DNA of 64,000 nt from Ruditapes philippinarum (taxonomy: Eukaryota): NCBI RefSeq assembly GCF_026571515.1, contig NW_026866507.1:124001-188000 (forward strand). Reading direction: 5' to 3'. Both the position numbers and the translations under genes were made by a program. The notes under the pieces were generated by a model, which was given only the letters and a program-made list of their open reading frames with translations, did not search any database and had not been told where the DNA came from. Every line of letters starts with the position of its first letter. Within the stretch, counting starts at the first letter, position 1. This document shows, piece after piece, positions 61,806 through 64,000 of the stretch.

Positions 61806-62532
61806 TCATGCCAAACTAAACACCTTAACAATATCCTTATCGCCCTGTGTAACAAGCAGTTTCTTTTCACGTGGTTCGTATGCAACAGCACGTGGGTACG
61901 AGATCGATTCTCCTGTCACGAGGACTTTTACTCTTTTACCGCATGGAGAAATCACGTGTACGCTATTTGACGTGGTACCACATACGTATTTATTACCTTC
62001 CTGATCTAAAGTAATTCCCCCTGCACTTCCTAAGTCTATTGCCGAGTAGTTAAAGTTTAACTCCCCAGTTTCCTTCAAGTTTACAATACAACCCAGGCGA
62101 TCATCCGACACCCATATCTGCTCGGCTTTAGGTGTACATGTGACATACAGGGGCTTAGAGAACAGAGTAAACCCGTCGTCATCAACGCATACGTACGTTA
62201 ACTCTTGCCCTGTGGGAGACAGGATTTTCAAATTGGGCGGATCTCCGTCATAGGTGACAGTGAGGAACTTCCCATCAGTGTAACATATACCAAAACATGG
62301 TTCATCGGTTGGAATGGATCGAGTCTGGGTTAGGTAGTCCCCATCAACACTAATGAGTTGAATCCTGCATTCCGCCGGTAGCGAAACGGCGACCTCTTTA
62401 TCGGTGACAAGTGCTATATCCCATGGCTTGGATGATAGAGGAAATTCTCTTATAGGCATGAAATTGCTTGTAAACAGCTTAAGCTTCCGATTTGTTCTGT
62501 CTGCTAGTAATATGCGACCGTCTGATAAAAAT
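61806..62532 (-). CDS. TRIM-like gene, last exon (NHL-like beta-propeller)
   Basis: Acceptor tttgtag|A at 62533/62532; FLSDGRILLADRTNRKLKLF, PWDIA, CFGICY, GITLDQEGNKYVCG, PRAVAY; TGA at 61808-61806. Confidence 0.9.
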
Positions 62533-62766
62533 CTACAAATAAGCGTTATATTTATTACAATATTTAATAAATTTAATTATTTCATTTTAAATGATTGTGT
62601 AACAGATTTTTAAGCTCAAAACCGTTATCATATTCTAGGAGTAATTCAAATCATAGATAAATTCTAGGTTTTTTTATTCTGGTATATGTCTATATGTATC
62701 CGTTGCATTCGTCTAAAGACGTGTAAAATATGATTTTCAATGAAGGAAATAAAAACATATGCTTAC

Positions 62767-64000
62767 TTCGCTCCAGTAAACCAACAGTCTTGAGTGTCTT
62801 CCTCAAATCTTGCACAGAATTCACCTATCTCGTTTGCATTTTTACCAGACAGTGTGAACTCTGGTTTAACTGCCTTTGTCTTAGTCGTTGAACTCTGGAG
62901 ACCCAACGTTGCTGCAAGTTTTGGTGCTGGCGGGAGTTTTGTAGCGGTAGTATTAACATCGATACGACCGAATTGATTCAGTCTCTTCATCACTTGCTGC
63001 AATGAGTTATCTAGGGCAATATCGTAGTCGACCGTGCGCATGCGCGAACAGAGTATCGAAATACTTTCTTCGTAATATTCACACTCTCCTCGGACTTTCT
63101 CGGTCATTTCAATGATCTGAGAATTTGATCCGTGATTGTCGGCGACAGATAGAATTTCATTTGTATTTGTAACGGCTGACTGAATTTCTTTGCATTTAGT
63201 GATATCTTGCTTGATTTTCTTCGTCTCTTGCCGATGTGTAGAGTCTAATATCGTGTTGAGATCTTTCTCCATCTTCTCGAGCTGAGATATGATGTGTTTC
63301 TTAACATTTACAAACTCTCCCATTAATTTTGACTTCTTGTTATCTAACTTTTTTAAAAGATTGGACCGATCCTTATGTACGATATCCATATGAGATTTGT
63401 ATTTGTCCAGTGCATTTTCTAAAGATGAAATATTTCCACTGGTCTTACTTTTTAGCGCTGCTTCCGCAACTGTGACAACACGGTCACACTTCCTGTGATT
63501 CTCAGTCAAACATTGCGAACAGCAGAGAGTGGAATGAACATAACAATAGTGCTCTTTCAGTTTTCACTGTCGTTAATAACTCTCCTCTACTTTTAAAGAA
63601 TTTTAGCATCGCAAATCTGAGCGTTTGTTGAACCTTTGGTTATCGACGCTTCGTAACCCTTTATGTGTCTTTGCACATGGTTCACACATTGCATCTCGAC
63701 AACTTTTGCAATATGAATGAACCTGAGATGTCGACTTGTTGCGTTTACAGGGGTCGCAAACTTTGGTACCGACTTTCATTGAATGTAAATCTACAAGGTC
63801 TGCAAGTAGATTATTCTCTGGGAATAATTCAGCCCATTTGTCAGGCGATGTTTTAGGCAACTGCGGCGTTGTAGTAAATTTCTTACAGCACGGACATGGG
63901 AATCCCTTCGAAGTTCCCTGGAACTGAACATTGCCAGATTTGGACGATGCTCCATCGATTGGGTCACGACTCGTTTTTGGCACTTGTCGCGTTGGTGACT
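62767..64000 (-). CDS. TRIM-like gene, upstream exon (RING C-terminus, two B-boxes, coiled coil); runs off the window; locally scrambled at ~63555-63650
   Basis: FPCPCC..FPENNLL; CDPC..YCKSCRDAMCEPCAKTH; HYCYVHSTLCCSQCLTENHRKC; long coiled coil; donor AA|gtaagc at 62767 is in phase with the last exon. Confidence 0.85.

Overview
AT-rich, intron-containing eukaryotic DNA. The repeat content (V-, CORE- and Meta-like tRNA SINEs, Helentron-type elements with ~145-167 bp internal satellites, a Mag-type Ty3/Gypsy element) points to a bivalve mollusc; this is an inference. Four genes can be assembled by hand from splice sites and reading frame. (1) The 3' part of a receptor tyrosine phosphatase (+, 479-7421), whose transmembrane segment and both PTP domains lie almost entirely in one 2.5 kb exon and whose catalytic motifs are degenerate. 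(2) A complete six-exon SURF2 gene (-, 15178-27450) that the ORF track largely misses. (3) A CUB-CUB-mucin-cadherin surface-protein gene (+, ~37288-60412) carrying three separate disabling lesions. (4) The 3' part of a RING/B-box/coiled-coil/NHL-like TRIM gene (-, 61806->64000). The most striking structure is in SURF2 intron 2: it is almost wholly a ~28-copy, 47 bp tandem array of the exon-3 splice acceptor plus the first 33 nt of that exon, i.e. a ladder of decoy 3' splice sites in front of the real one. Also present: a local duplication of the SURF2 exon-1/head-to-head promoter region that carries a signal-peptide-like exon to two positions in the neighbouring gene, an intact LTR retrotransposon with identical LTRs nested in a long-TIR DNA transposon, and many MITEs, SINEs and LINE fragments. 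All coordinates were read by eye; TE boundaries may be off by a few bases.
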